A stretch of DNA of 63,777 nucleotides from Octopus bimaculoides (taxonomy: Eukaryota), in contig NC_068993.1 of the NCBI RefSeq assembly GCF_001194135.2, positions 54,159,199 through 54,222,975 on the forward strand, in the 5' to 3' direction. Positions 14,278 to 27,930 of this stretch are shown here, piece by piece. Made by a program: the position numbers and the translations under genes. The notes beneath the pieces were generated by a model. It was not told the DNA's origin, searched no databases, and was given only the letters and a program-made list of their open reading frames with translations. How positions within the stretch are numbered: the stretch's first letter is position 1; the number at the start of each line of letters is the position of its first letter.

Positions 14278-17200
14278 TTACATCATTTAAAAGCTGTACA
14301 AGAAGGCCAGAACTCAATCCATAACTTGATACAATTGTATAAAAACAGAATGTTAGTAGCTCATGAATATCTGATGTTTAGTATTTCAGTTATTGCTCTA
14401 ATGCAGAAATCTTTGAGCTCAGCTCTTGAAGGAAAGCTTTCATTCTGAAATGGGATCAAAACAGGAAAACATATCACACGATATGCTATTTTCTTTCTTT
14501 CTTATGACAGTTTCTGTTAGGAATTTTCCCATCTGTACAGTAAAGCAACTAAATCATCTTTGCATTGCAATGATAGAGAAGAAATTGGTCAGAAATTGTG
14601 TTAAGAATAATACAATCACAATTTTAGTGTGAGTTTTATGTTGGTGGTATAACTGGCTTTTACATTTTTAAGGGATTCTATTGTATAGGTTTGTACAGAT
14701 AAGCGTGATCCCTAAAAGTTAACTAAAACCAGAGCATGAATATAAACAGATCACACCAACTGTTAAATAAAAATTACAATTTCTTAAAAATTGTAAAAAA
14801 AAAAAAATAATAAAATAAAATACTTAGGAAGGTTAATTTGAGTTGGTGATGGGGAGGGAGAGATAATTACAAAAAAAAAAACAAAAAAAAATTTTTGAAG
14901 AGAAGAAAATATTTTCACTTGGCTAACATGTATTTCTATGTTTACATGTGTGTAGTTAAGTATTGTTTCAGAACTTCATTTCTCAATCTCATTCCTGGAA
15001 AATTGTTAAAAAAAAAAACAACAAACAAACCAAACAAATAAAGATCATAAAAAAAAGAAGCAGTGTTGGCCAGTTTGTTGTGTATTCTACACATGCCATC
15101 AGACATTTGCAGTATTTTTTTATCATTCACACTTCTGAATACAATGAAACTGTATGAGAGACAGAGAATGTAGACTCATTTACACCCCACCCCCACCCAT
15201 TTTCTTTGTTTTTTTTTCATTAATGAGTTTTAAACGCATTAATTGTGTTAGGATTATTTTTGCCTGTGTTGCATATAATCACACATATGCTGTCTCACAA
15301 ACACGTGCACACACACAAACACACACACATATTATAAACCAAACTTTTATGTGTACTTTATAAATAAATAAATAAATAATTAGCAATAATATTCCACTCA
15401 TGAAGAATGCCTTCCCCTCTTTCTCTTTTTTTTAAAAAAACTCTCATCGTTATTGTCATAAATTTATCACCCTTCTTCTCCAAATTTCTTTCCATTTAAT
15501 AATGAAGCAACTGAAATACCACAACCTTGTCTGCTGACCTTGTGGTTAAATTAGAATGTTTTCTGACAATACAAGAAAACGAAATTATTGCAGTTTAATC
15601 GTAACTTAGATAACGTTTTCTCACATTTCTATATAAGAATATTTTTATTGAATAAATTAAATTTAGATACGAATCTGAGTTTGAAATTATGCCTTTCAAC
15701 TTATTAGTTGCTCTTTTCTCTTCTGTACCATTTTTTTGTGATCTTTCACCTTGTTTCATTTAATTTACATTTATTCCTTTATGTGTTCCAGCTCATAAGG
15801 CTGTGGCCATGTTGGGGCACTACTACCATTTAGAATCACATTTTCGTTATAGTGAAAGGGTTTCAATAAAAGATTATTTGAACTTTTTAACTCCCACCAT
15901 ACACCATCTTCAAGGCTAATTAACTGATCTGTTATATATTTCTTACCAACTTGCAGCATGGGAGCTTATTAAAGACTGAAGAACTACATTCAATATCTGG
16001 CATTTAGTTGATTTTACATTCCAGAGAGTAAAATATCGTTACCAGCTGCTATTTTAATAGACTATCTCGTTACCTTTCGTGAATTATGATTTTAATAATG
16101 ATGTTTATGGAATTCTTTCTTTAAATAAGTCTTTATTTTTTAAAACAAAAATATTGTGATTGCAATATTCTTAGTTAATTATAATTTTAAAACAATGACT
16201 AGTTTATGTGATTAATGATTTATCATTGGATTTAAATTAGAGACCTGTAAGTAATTAATTAATTGTAAGAGAAAAACAAAATCATTTTTCATAATCGTCA
16301 TTTTACTTCTAGTAAAACTGGGTAAATATTTTACTCTTTTTAAAATCATTTCTAATGAAGTTCTGATGATAAGGAGTGTCGTTAATTTTAGAGAATATCG
16401 AATATTTTACTACCAAATTCAATTCATGAAAGTAATTACATGCTCTTTCTTAGAAATAAGTTTATGTATGTACGTGAGCTAAATGATTAAACAGTGGTCT
16501 GATTGATTTCAGCTTATTTCATTACCACCATTTAAAATTAAATATTTGAAGTTTGAAATTAAATACAAATTCCACTTGAAATACAGCCTTGCTGTGAGGA
16601 CTGTGAGCAAAATGTTTTTAAATTCTTATTTCAGTTTGATTTGATTTCTTCACTAAATGACTAGAATTTAAAATTGAAAATAAAAATCCTTTAGCTTTCT
16701 CTGATGCTCAACTCATGCAGTTTCTGACAAATAGCCTCTTGTTAAATCATTTTCTTGTCTTTGTTCATTTATAATTGTCAGTAATTCTTGTTTTCAAATA
16801 AGTTTTCTTCATCCTCCTCGCCATCATTTCTGTTTTGTATTGATCAACACTTAGATATTGAAATAAAAACACATTTCTAAGTATGCAGTTACTTCATTTT
16901 TATTATTAACTTGTCTAGAATGATCTCATAACTGGTTTTGTTTGGAATTTTAACACTGAATGAGGTGACAGATTTATAAAAAAAAGAAAAAAGTATATAT
17001 GTTTGTGAGACAATCTTCAAATTTTCTTGCTTGCTACATCTATATACACATCAAAAGGTAATAGAGAAAGCAACTTAATTTTTTTCTTTTTCTTCCAAAT
17101 TTGTCTCCTACAATGGTGTACATTCAGCAGTGACCTGTGAAAGCTCTCGATGTGTCCAATTGACTGGACACATTGGTGATCATAATCATCGTTTAACACC

Positions 17201-17489
17201 TGCTTTTCCATGCTTGCATGGGTTGGATGGAATTTGTTGAGGCAAATTTTTCATGGTCAGATGTCTTTCATGGTGTTAAAACATCAAATAACAGTTGGCA
17301 TCACGATTGTTTTTTAACAATCTCTTACGGGGATATTGCTTCCTCAAACTGTATATATATATATAAACAATGATGATACATATATATTATATTAAGAGGT
17401 AAGTATTGTAAGTGGGTGTTTTTTTGTTATGTGCAGTGATTTTACATGTTTGAAAGATTTGAGTATAAGCAAGGTTCCATCTTGTAATT

Positions 17490-17990
17490 AATAACTACAG
17501 TGTGTGGCCGATGACAGTACCGCCTGATTGGCACCTGTGCCAGTGGAACGTTAGAAGCATCATTTGAGCAGAATTGTTGCCTGAGCCGCTGACTGGCTCC
17601 TGTGCTGGTGGCACATAAAAAATGCATCATTCAAGGGGGTTGTTGCCAGTGCTGCCAGACTGGCTCCTGTGTAGGTGGCACATAAAAAGCACCATTTAAG
17701 TGTGACTGATGCCAATACTGCCTACTGGCCCTCATGCCAGTGGCACGTAAAAGCACCCACTACACTCTTGAAGTGGTTGGCGCTAGGAAGGGCATCCAGC
17801 TGTAGAAACTTTGGCAGATCAGATTGGAGACTGGTGCATATCCAGCCTGAATATTATACCTGTTTTATGTTGAAACTGGCCACATTCAGCCTTTCACACC
17901 TACCCTACAATGTCATTCTAAAGATAAACAGTCAAACCATCCGACCCATGCCAGCATGGAAAGCCGACATTAAAAGATGATGATAATGAC
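17490..17990 (+). mobile_element. RTE LINE 3'UTR-derived repeat with (GAT)n tail; copies at 12435-12605, 20380-20690, 23085-23430, 24601-24865, 35905-36160, 36383-36610, 38275-38470, 39487-39770, 41214-41500
   Basis: GGTTGGCGTTAGGAAGGGCATCCAGCTGTAGAAAC..CCAACCCATGC(T/C)AGCATGGAAA..GATGATGAT is shared. Upstream modules match the 3'UTR following the LINE ORF at 52383-53092. Confidence 0.8.
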
Positions 17991-18056
17991 GACACAACTA
18001 CATAATTAAAAATCAATGTTTACTTTTTAAAAAAAAACACATTTGAAACTTCTAAA

Positions 18057-21000
18057 TTACTCCAGAAGTTTCTTGAGTATATTATTCACTAAAATTGGAT
18101 CAGCTCGTTGCCCTGTCTTCTTGATTACTTCACCTATAAGAGAATTGATTGCTTTCGTTTTCCCTTTCTTATATTTTTTGACCTGCAAGAAATAAATCAT
18201 ACCATTTTTAGAAAACCAGAAATACAAATCCTAACATTTTTTTCTGTATTCACAGAATATTGCTACGGCCAATATTGCACACATGAATACACAGTAATGT
18301 GCTATTACAATTTTGACTCAGAGGAAGAAAATAAATTCACTTACAGCCTTGGCGTTGTTTTCTATTACTTCTGAGCAGGTTTTTTCTAAATATTCAACAT
18401 TCTGTATTTGGTTCCAATTTCTGGATTGCACTATAGAACTGGGAGTTTGGGAAGGATCTTCAAACAGCAAAAGCAATACCTGTAATATAAAAGGGGTAAC
18501 TGAATTTTAAACGTCTCTTTCTTTTTCTTCAAACAAAAGGTAATGTGGTATTATGTAAATAACTGGAGAATTGAAGTTATATTGTAAGCTGTTTAGCTCA
18601 TTATATGAATTTTCTTTAAATTGCTATTATTTCTGAGGTCATTGGACAAGGGTGTTTGGTGCTGCCAATATCTATATAAGGGGACAAAGGTTCCAGTCTT
18701 TAGGTCTCTGTCCTACTCATAGTTATGAGACTCAGACACTGCTCAGAGCCCTCAGGAGCTCCCTCAAATCCTTTGGTACCAGGATGCTTCACAAGATTAT
18801 GGGACACTATTGGTTGGATTTCATATCCAACCAATGACCTCACTTGGAAACTGGGCTGTGTTTTGTTACTTGTATGATTCACGAGTTCCAGCTCAGACTG
18901 TTTGGTCATGTTGCTGGATTTCCAAGTTAGACCTGCTCACTATGTTCCCTTCACTGACCCTAACCCTAACCACATGCCACATAGTGGAGGCTTGTGGCTT
19001 AGTGGTTAAGGTGTTGGACTCCTGATCGTAAGATTGTGGTTTCAAGAAATAAAAGGAATTAATAAATCCAGCTATATCAAACAACCAGATATCAATAAAT
19101 TTGAATAGAATTAACATCCAAAGTAGTTCCTCGTGTGATAACTAAATCCAAGTATCACTTAAAAGAATTTCACGAAATCCAGAATATAAAACAAGATGAA
19201 AAGGAATGGAGAAAATCACATTGCTGTTTGATGATTACACTACACATTACCAATGATCGTTTCTATTGTGCCAGCATATTCAGATAGAAAAAAAAGGTAC
19301 AAAATACCAGTAATATCATCATCACTTAACATCTGCCTTCCCTGCTGGCATAAAAGACTGAATCCACTGTCTTTTAGTGCAAAGCTTACCTGGGGTTAAA
19401 CAAAAATAACACCATACTTTCATTTGTTCTGTCATCTATGTGCAGCTTGGATAAGTCAACAGGCCCCTACTCTCCTTCAACAGCACCTAACAACACTCCC
19501 CAGACATTAAAGGAACAGTCAACCATTTTTTTTTTATCTATGGACCCATTTGGTTACTATTCTATTGTAGTGGACACCCATAGCCATTTGATGTTTAAAA
19601 ACTAGTTTTATCGATGCTTCTTTCAAAATTCCTATTTTGTTTTTCACAGATCGACTTGTGTAGGTCGAACTTTGTAAAAAACATTAGAGAAAGAAACCTC
19701 AGTTTCTTGAAATAAATACATCCAAAGCAACATTTTCCCATGGAACCTTAAAATACTACTGTGGGTCTCCAAGGGTCATATGAACCACTGGTCTTGACAG
19801 TGCTTAACCCTAAAAATCCCTACAATTATTGACTTGCAATATCTATACAGTGATGATGATGATGAGTGAAAAAAAAAAAATTCAAATAAAAGTCTGGAAC
19901 TAAATGCCTCACTAGAAATGGAAGTGACTTTACCTCTTTTGCGGTGCCTCTGGAAATCTCATCCTGATCCAACATATCACAGATATCTGCCAAGGCCACA
20001 GCAGTTATACCACTTGGAAAGAAAGAAAATTTAGAAATAGCAACATTTTATACTAGACATACATGACAATGAAATTGCTGTTAATTTAAAATTATTAAAA
20101 CATACTTCACCAGATCATTTAAGAATTAATAAAGTGCTTGACCACCATCTCTCTCTTGTTCTCTCTCTCTCATTCTTGATCATACATTCTCTCTTTCTCT
20201 TCCTCTGACTGGGTAACCATATCTCCTCTACAGCAACACACCTGTTTCTGTCTTTATTCTTGATTTTCTCTCTCTCTCTCTTTTGACCTCTGGCCCTTTG
20301 TCACACTCAACCCCTCATCACCTGGCACAGGAACACCTCTTCCAATGTCTCCCACCTGACAAAGGATCTTTGTCTTGCAAGTTACTTGGTGACCCTGCCA
20401 GTGCTGGTGCCATGTAAAAAGCACTCAGTTCACTCTGCAGGGTGGTTGGTGTTAGGAAGGGCATCCAGCCATAANNNNNNNNNNACTTGGTGACCCTGCC
20501 AGTGCTGGTGCCATGTAAAAAGCACTCAGTTCACTCTGCAGGGTGGTTGGTGTTAGGAAGGGCATCCAGCCATAAAAACCATGCCAAAACAGACACTGAG
20601 GCCTGGTGCAGTCTTCTGTTTGACCAGCTCCTGTCAAACTGCCCAACCCATGCCAGCATGGAAAACAGATGTTAAATGGTGATGATGATTTAATAGAAGA
20701 TAACATCATGAATGTTTAAAAGGTTACCAACCTTTGCTTCACAGTAGTATTAAGGGCATTGACATATTGAAGAAACTCATTTATTAAAAAGTTACAGATG
20801 ATTTGAACTGATGCCAAACGTCCTTTGCTGGCATTTACACAATCTTCAAACAACTGTAGTAAACCATCTTCAAACTAGAATAAATAAATAAATAATGGAA
20901 AAGCTTTAGTTACAAACTGTTTTTTTTTTTTAATATGTTAATTTTAATGCCTACTTGTGTATAATATTAAATAACAACTTAGTAATTCTCCCTCTTATCA

Positions 21001-24000
21001 CTACTCTGCAAAGTATGGTGAAGTTTATGCTTTAATGAGGTTTAATAAGACCAAAACATGTCCAGTGATACACACATATATCCGATAGGCTTCTTTCAGT
21101 TTCCATCAATTGATATTATCTATACAGATGACCAATTTGTTTTAAGCTTTAACATTTAAAGATAGATAAACAGAAAACTTTAACTTACAAATCTATTTTA
21201 TATGTCATTTCATATTACATTAAATGAAGAACAGTGAATCAATAGGAAATTTGATTATTTTCATTAAAATAACAAAGTAAATTTGAAACATGTTTTAATT
21301 GATAGCTCACCAAAAGTATATTGATGACTTCAATTGATAAATTGTAATTTTTCTGTAGATGTTCTCGTTTTTTGTGAGGTAGTTCTGGCATTTGTTCTCT
21401 GAGAGTATCCATGTTAACAACTTCAGAATGTGCATCACAAGGAACAGTTGAATTGTCGTAAACATGAACAGGAAGCAAATTTGGTTCTGGCATAAATCGA
21501 TAATCCTGGAAACCTTCTTTGTCTCTCATAGATACCGTTTCTCTGGAATTATAGAAAAATATAAAGAGATCACATTTTGCATTTCTGTTCTTCTAAACAC
21601 TTTCTGTGAAAATAGCAAATAAAACAGATTTCAGTAACGTTTTTTTAAGTTGCACAAAAAAATGTGTCTGAACATAAATTTGTTTATATTTTATATAATT
21701 ATCCTACACTAATTGCAAGACAGAAGTAATCAATCTTTGATAAGTCTTTAAAGTAAGGTAAAACTAGTTGGTTCAATTGTAATTTTTAGCTGATAAAAGA
21801 CTTGTTGTCCAACCGTCTGTCTATCCAAGCATCCATCCATACACACGTATAGATACATAGACAGACAGACAGACACACACACACTATGGCAAGTAACCCT
21901 CAATATTCATCCATTCCAACTTACAAAAACCTTTGTCTTTTCTAAGTTTACTTTGAGTTCTCTTGATTCCAGGTTTTGCTTCTCGTTTAAATCTTCAACA
22001 GGTTCTGCTCTGTAAACGAAGTCATCAGCATACAGAAATTACAAACGGTTTTAAATTCTGCTGTTTATGACTTGGAGGATTATAATAAACAAGGCAAAGC
22101 TGAGGCCTGAGCTCTGATTAACTCCTGCCTGCATGCTAAATTCATTGCTGACACACCACTTTACATGGATTGTATGGTCCTCACAAGCCATTTATCTGCT
22201 CATAGTTTCTTTAGTTACAACCAGATTATAAAATGTGAAACTCTGAGCTCCTCCAAGTCAGCAAATTCTTGGTACTTTTGGCATGTTCTTAGCTAAGTAC
22301 TTCTCCTACAATTGTCTTGTAAAAGGGAGTGACAATAAAGAAAAAAATTATTTTTGCAAATATTCACTCACCCAGTTTCAGAATCAAATGAGCGTGTTTC
22401 ATTCTCGATTTCTTTTCCTTCATTTTTGCCAATAGTTTGTCTTTGTATCTCATAATCTTTGATATGAAAGTATTTTTGAAAGGTAAAAGAAAACAGACAT
22501 TAGCCCTTTAGCATTTAAACTGGCCAAATCCAACTAAAAAATTTTATCTGATTTATGTTCAGACAAGCCAGATCTGGCCTCTCACAACTACCCTACAATG
22601 TCGTTTTAAAACTAAACAGTCACATCATTGAAAGCTCAAAGCTATGAGATAAGGCATGATTAATTCAAAGTGGATTTGGTAGATGTAAGAAGCCCATATT
22701 GTGTGTGTGTATGTAATCACCACCATCATCATCATCGTTTAACGTCCACTTTTCTATGCCAGCATGAGTCGGACAGAATTTGTTGAGACAGATTATAATA
22801 TCTGCAGTAGAAACAGCAGGATGCTCTTCCTGTTGCTAACCCTCACCTGTTTCCAAGTTGGGTAATATTTCCCACAGCTGGAAAATATTTTTCATGGAAG
22901 ATTGGAAACAAACGACATCACTGGTATGACAGTGATGTCCCTGTACAACCATGGGTGTGGGTGTTTGTGTTTCTTTGTTTTGACATCATGGGATATTTGT
23001 AAACAAGTGTCACTGTCATACAAGTGGCATTTGTTTCCAATCATCTGCAGAGACATGTCTAGCTATGGGAAAATATTACTTTGCTTGATTGTTGCCAGTG
23101 ACACTGGACTGGCTCCTATGCAGGTGGCACATAAAATACACCATTTTGAGCGTGGCTGTTGCCAGTACAGCCTGACTGGCCTTCGTGCCGGTGGCACGTA
23201 AAAGCACCCACTACATTCTCGGAGTGGTTGGCGTTAGGAAGGGCATCCAGCTGTAGAAACTCTNNNNNNNNNNGAGTGGTTGGCGTTAGGAAGGGCATCC
23301 AGCTGTAGAAACTCTGCCAAATCAGATTGGAGCCTGGTGTAGCCATCTGGTTCACCAGTCCTCAGTCAAATCGTCCAACCCATGCTAGCATGGAAAGCGG
23401 ACGTTAAACGATGATGATGATGATGATGATGGAAATAGTTGATGGTTGGTAACTGGAAGGGCATCCAGCCATAGAAAATCTTGATTAATTCTGTCTCATC
23501 TAAGCAAGCATGGAAAAGATGGATGGTAAAACAATGATGATGAATAAAGTTAAATTAATAAAGAGAAAGTACTTTACCAATAGCTTTAGCAACATTCCTA
23601 ATACTGTTGATGTTTTTTACTTCAGTGCGCACTCCATAGGGTTCACTCTGACGGTGGATAGAGATGTTAGCATCAACACGCAAAGAACCCTCTAAAGACA
23701 TGAGAAACAAATACAAATTGATAATTAACAAACAGAACGAAAGTCAGGAGATTTGGATTAATCAAAAGCCAAACTAATCCTAGTACCTGACATCTTGCCA
23801 TTGCATGTTCCCAACGTCATCAAAAGCAACTGTAATTCTTTCAAAAAGGCAGCAGCTTCCTCTCCATTCTTAAAATCTGGTTCTGTGACAATTTCCATAA
23901 GCCCCATTCCTGTTAATGAATTCCGCATAAAAAAATTGAATTAGTAATAAATCTCACTAAACAACAATAACAATGTAATAATATTGTTTCAATTTAACTG

Positions 24001-27000
24001 ACATTATATCAGAGATGGTAGTGGTGGCAGTGCTACAACCACTACTAACAAATTATTGACAGCTCTTTCCTAAACAAATTGAGATAGATGCCTGGATGCT
24101 GAGAATGATTTGATATGGATTTTTTCTCAGCTAGGCATAAGCTGCACTTCCTGCTGCTGTTGAAGTATGCTTTGCATTTCTCTGATATTTTCCACTTTAT
24201 GTTGTATTCTGTGGTACTTTCTTTCAACAACCATATGTATTTGGCTAGAGTTGTGGCATTTTCTTTTTCTGGCATATTAGGAGCAGTTACCGTATTTTCT
24301 TCCATAACTGCCAACTCTGAAAAGCACAGGGTTACATAATCAGGCTGTTACCTAACATCCTTTTGAACCCCTAATGCCAAATCAATTGGTAACATTGGCT
24401 GTAATGGATATATATAATACTGTACACTTCGATTAATATATATCTAACAGGCTTTTTTCAGTTTTTATTCCACTCACAAAGCTTTGGTCAGCCTGAGGCT
24501 ATAAGAGAAGATACTTGCTCAAGGTGCCCTGAAGTGAGACTGAACCTGGAACCATGTGGTTGGAAAACCCAGCTTTTTAACAACACAGCCATTCCTGCAC
24601 CGTCATCATCATCATCATCATCATCGTTTAACATCTACCTTCCATGGGTGGGACGGTTTCACAAGAGCCAGCCAGGCTCTGTGATTGTTTTGGCAGGATT
24701 TCTACAGCTGGATGCCCTTCCAAACACCAACCACTCAGCAGAGTGGACTTAGTGGGCATTTTATGTGGCTCAAGAACAGGCGAGGTCAGTTTTGACAGCT
24801 GGATGCCCTTCCAAACACCAACCACTTGGACCACTGTGGACTGGGTGCTTTTAAGTGGTACCACACAATATAAAATGAATTTTGCCTTACCTGCTCGATT
24901 TAAATCAATTAAAGTAATTTTATCTGTATAATCATGCAAGCTTTTTCCACTGTCAACTTCCAGCTGAATTTGAGTGATTCTAGCGACTTTTTCAACATGC
25001 CCTTTGTCTTTTGAATGCCCAGGAACATAATATTTGAGCTTACCACCTTGAGCTAATGGTTTGAAATACTGTGTGATTTGATACCCAGCCTGGAAGACAA
25101 AGGAAAGAAATTATAAGGAGAGCAGAAGATGGAGGTCTGACATCCAACCTTATTTCACAATGAACCAAATCCTTCAAAAACTAGCAATTTTTTCAGAAAA
25201 ACCCAAATAACTTAAACCAGAATCAAACAAAAAAAACAAAAAGGAAACCTATAAGCAATGCACACAAATAAATGTCCTTTCGTCAGACATCAAAGCAACT
25301 GAACACACCAGCAAGAGAGCTGCCACACAGTGATTTGTGCTGATAGAAATAACAGCCAAATCTTCCTCAAATGTTTTTAAGAAATTTTGTTGTAGGAAAA
25401 TTTGCTGCAACCCCCCACCCCACCAAAGATTAGTTGTTTTCTTAAAATGGCAACCACATCAACTAACCTGTCAATTAGTGAAAAGTAATTTCTTTAAAAT
25501 GAGTTATCTAGTTTACAATCTGCATATGTGCCTTCTTTATGGCAAAATTTCTTATGGTGAAAATGTTTATGGCAAATTTTCTGGACATGCCCTCAGATCA
25601 TACCACACCATATAATACACTGAATAATATGATCCTAGCTACATTGTGCCTGAACAAAAAGATGGAGATGGTCATGGCTGGAAGCCTTTTAATCAAAAGT
25701 ATGCTCAATCAGGACTAATCTACAGAGCCCTCATTTTATCAAAGTCTCTGAAACTGAAGGAAAACCGAGTCAATTAAGTGAAGGACAAAATGTCATGTAC
25801 TCAGAGTTTACATCCCTTGTAGTCTGAGTTCAAAACCTGTTGAGGTCATCTTTGTCTTTCATCTCACTGGGGTTCCTAAAGAGGTAGTGCCAGTCCAGGT
25901 TGAAGGATTGGCAGAATTGTTAGAGTATTAGAGATACCTTGAGATATTTGTTTAGAGACTATGGGTGGTAAATTTCACCTGTCATTTGGTTTAAACACTA
26001 CCATCTGCACCCTTTCAATTCCTGGACCTGGGAGAAATATATATGGCAGAGAAGCCAGAAAACTGGCCCTATGCTCCTTAAAGGGTAATGTTGACTAACC
26101 ATGTAAATAGAGCAAGAGTTTAACAAATTGGAGAATGGAAAAAAGTTTGCCTTAGGACCATAATAATAAAAAGAAAAGCATCTAGCTATAAAACATTCAC
26201 ATCATTGACAGAAGATCTGTTTTCCTCTGCTGACATGAGTTGTTCATGTCTGCAAAACATTCTTTTTGATCCCATATCATCCAACATTTTGAGAATTGAC
26301 CTCACCACTTCTTTCTCATTTGGTCAGTTAAGGGCCTTAACTTCATTTGCTGTCATTGCACTTTCCAGTATTGTATTATAAAAATATGTTCATACTTACG
26401 GGCAAATCAGCGTAAAAATAATGTTTCCTATCAAACAATGACACCTTGTTGATATTACAACCAAGAGCCAGACTCGTCAGTACGCCAGCTTCCAAACATT
26501 TTTTATTTAATACCTAAAATCAAAGAATGTTTAGAAATAACATCTTCAACTATACTTAACATCATCATCATTTAATGTCTGTTGTCCATGCTGGCATGGG
26601 TTGGACAGTTTGACTGGGCTGGCATGCTGGAAGGCTGCGCCAGGCTCCAGGTAAAAGAAATCCCTAATTATTATGGGGCGATTATAAACATCTATTAACA
26701 AAATTTCCTGAGAAATTACAAACATCCATTATCTGTACGCAGCAAATATGGTGAATATTACTAATAGAATAGTTATGGAAACAAGATTACAACATTATTA
26801 CAAGTACTCATTAGTGAGAAAATGACAAAATTATGGTCAGTTTGAACATAAAACAAGTAGAATATTTGGGTCAGATATGGCCAGTTCAAATGCTGAAGGG
26901 TTAAGAGATTACTTATGGTTAAAAGAGTCTAACAACAATACAATACTATAGGCTTTGGTAGTAAAATAATTACATTTTCATCATATCATCATCCAGTGTT

Positions 27001-27930
27001 TTAAATCTGGATTTTGTCCCCGTTAATGAGGATGGCCGGATCTACCTCAATGCCATAACAACTGTCCTCACACCATCTTGCCCAGTTTTGGGCATCCGTT
27101 TACATACCAACCCTCCCAATCTCTTCTTCCACTTGTCCTCTATACCTTTTCCTTGGTCTACCTCACTTTCGAGTTCCACTGACCTCAAACGCAATCAACC
27201 TCCTCAGAACATGTTCTCCATCTCTCCTCAACACATGCTGATACCACCTCACAGCCATTCACCCTTGCGAACCATTCCACCAATTCCTCCAACCCCAGCG
27301 TTCCCATCAAATCCTCAGTCCTCCTCCTCTTATCAAACAGCTTCACCCCCACACATTTCTCTCACCATTGCTCTCTCAGTCCTTCTCAAAATTACCATCT
27401 CTCTCTCCCTTAGACACCATGTCTCACTTCCATACAACATTGCAGCTCTCACACAACTCTTACAGACCCTTCCTTTCATCTTTAATGAGAACTTTCTCCC
27501 ACATAACAATGCTCCACATTCCCTGAACTTCACCCAGCCAAGTCTCACTCTTGCTGTCAGAGCTGCTTCACATTCACTACTTACATCCACATGTAAATAA
27601 TTATCACACATCACATGTAAATAATTATCACACATCACATGTAAATAATTATCACACATCACATGTAAATAGTTTCTCCTTTTGCTATAGTTGAAAAGGT
27701 TAAATTCTATGAAACTTAACATCAATTCCATTTTTAAATAATAAAGAAACTCATGGAGATTTAAGACACAACTTACAGGTAAAGTTCCAGGAAGGGCAGC
27801 ATCAAAAAATGAAACTTGTGTATTAGTTGGAGCGCCATATGTAGTTGCAGAACCTGAAAACATTTTGGTTTCTGATAGAATCTGAGCATGAATTTCTAAG
27901 CCAATAACACCACACCATTCATTGGAGTCA
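18057..27930 (-). CDS. GATB: Glutamyl-tRNA(Gln) amidotransferase subunit B, mitochondrial (GatB/PET112); first exon not identified
   Basis: Minus-strand exons 27777-27930 ([22 protein letters not shown]), 26400-26513 ([12 protein letters not shown]), 24891-25089 ([24 protein letters not shown]), 23787-23909, 23578-23691 ([17 protein letters not shown]), 22372-22456, 21311-21542 ([18 protein letters not shown]), 20732-20874, 19934-20012, 18345-18479 and 18057-18182 (stop TAA). All GT-AG and phase-consistent, about 500 aa. Confidence 0.96.
18640..18960 (+). mobile_element. Decayed LINE RT C-terminal fragment (second copy 38720-38900)
   Basis: [35 protein letters not shown] resembles the ETWTL..LDAFD.RCLRRILGI.W.D.VSN motif of RTE-like LINEs. 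Confidence 0.65.
24030..24320 (-). mobile_element. Penelope-like element fragment (GIY-YIG endonuclease C-terminal region)
   Basis: [44 protein letters not shown] fits the T.LSKYIW.LK..W.I..C.LCL.EK..LN.RSEL..C tail of PLE endonucleases. Confidence 0.72.
26985..27590 (-). mobile_element. RTE-clade LINE, 5'-truncated, in a GATB intron
   Basis: [50 protein letters not shown] is classic RTE ORF C-terminal sequence. Its 3' end matches 4513-4775. Confidence 0.88.
27588..27670. repeat. 24-bp tandem repeat, ~3.4 copies (CACATGTAAATAATTATCACACAT)
   Basis: Directly visible. Appears as NYLHVMCD x3 in the minus-strand ORF. Confidence 0.92.

Noticed and set aside
20386-20574. Exact ~89-bp tandem duplication across a 10-N gap (likewise 23221-23315 and 28585-28930)
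   Set aside because: Identical sequence either side of a short gap is the signature of unmerged overlapping contig ends.
27088-27600. 170-aa Pro/Ser-rich plus-strand ORF
   Set aside because: It is the antisense frame of the purine-rich RTE LINE fragment.
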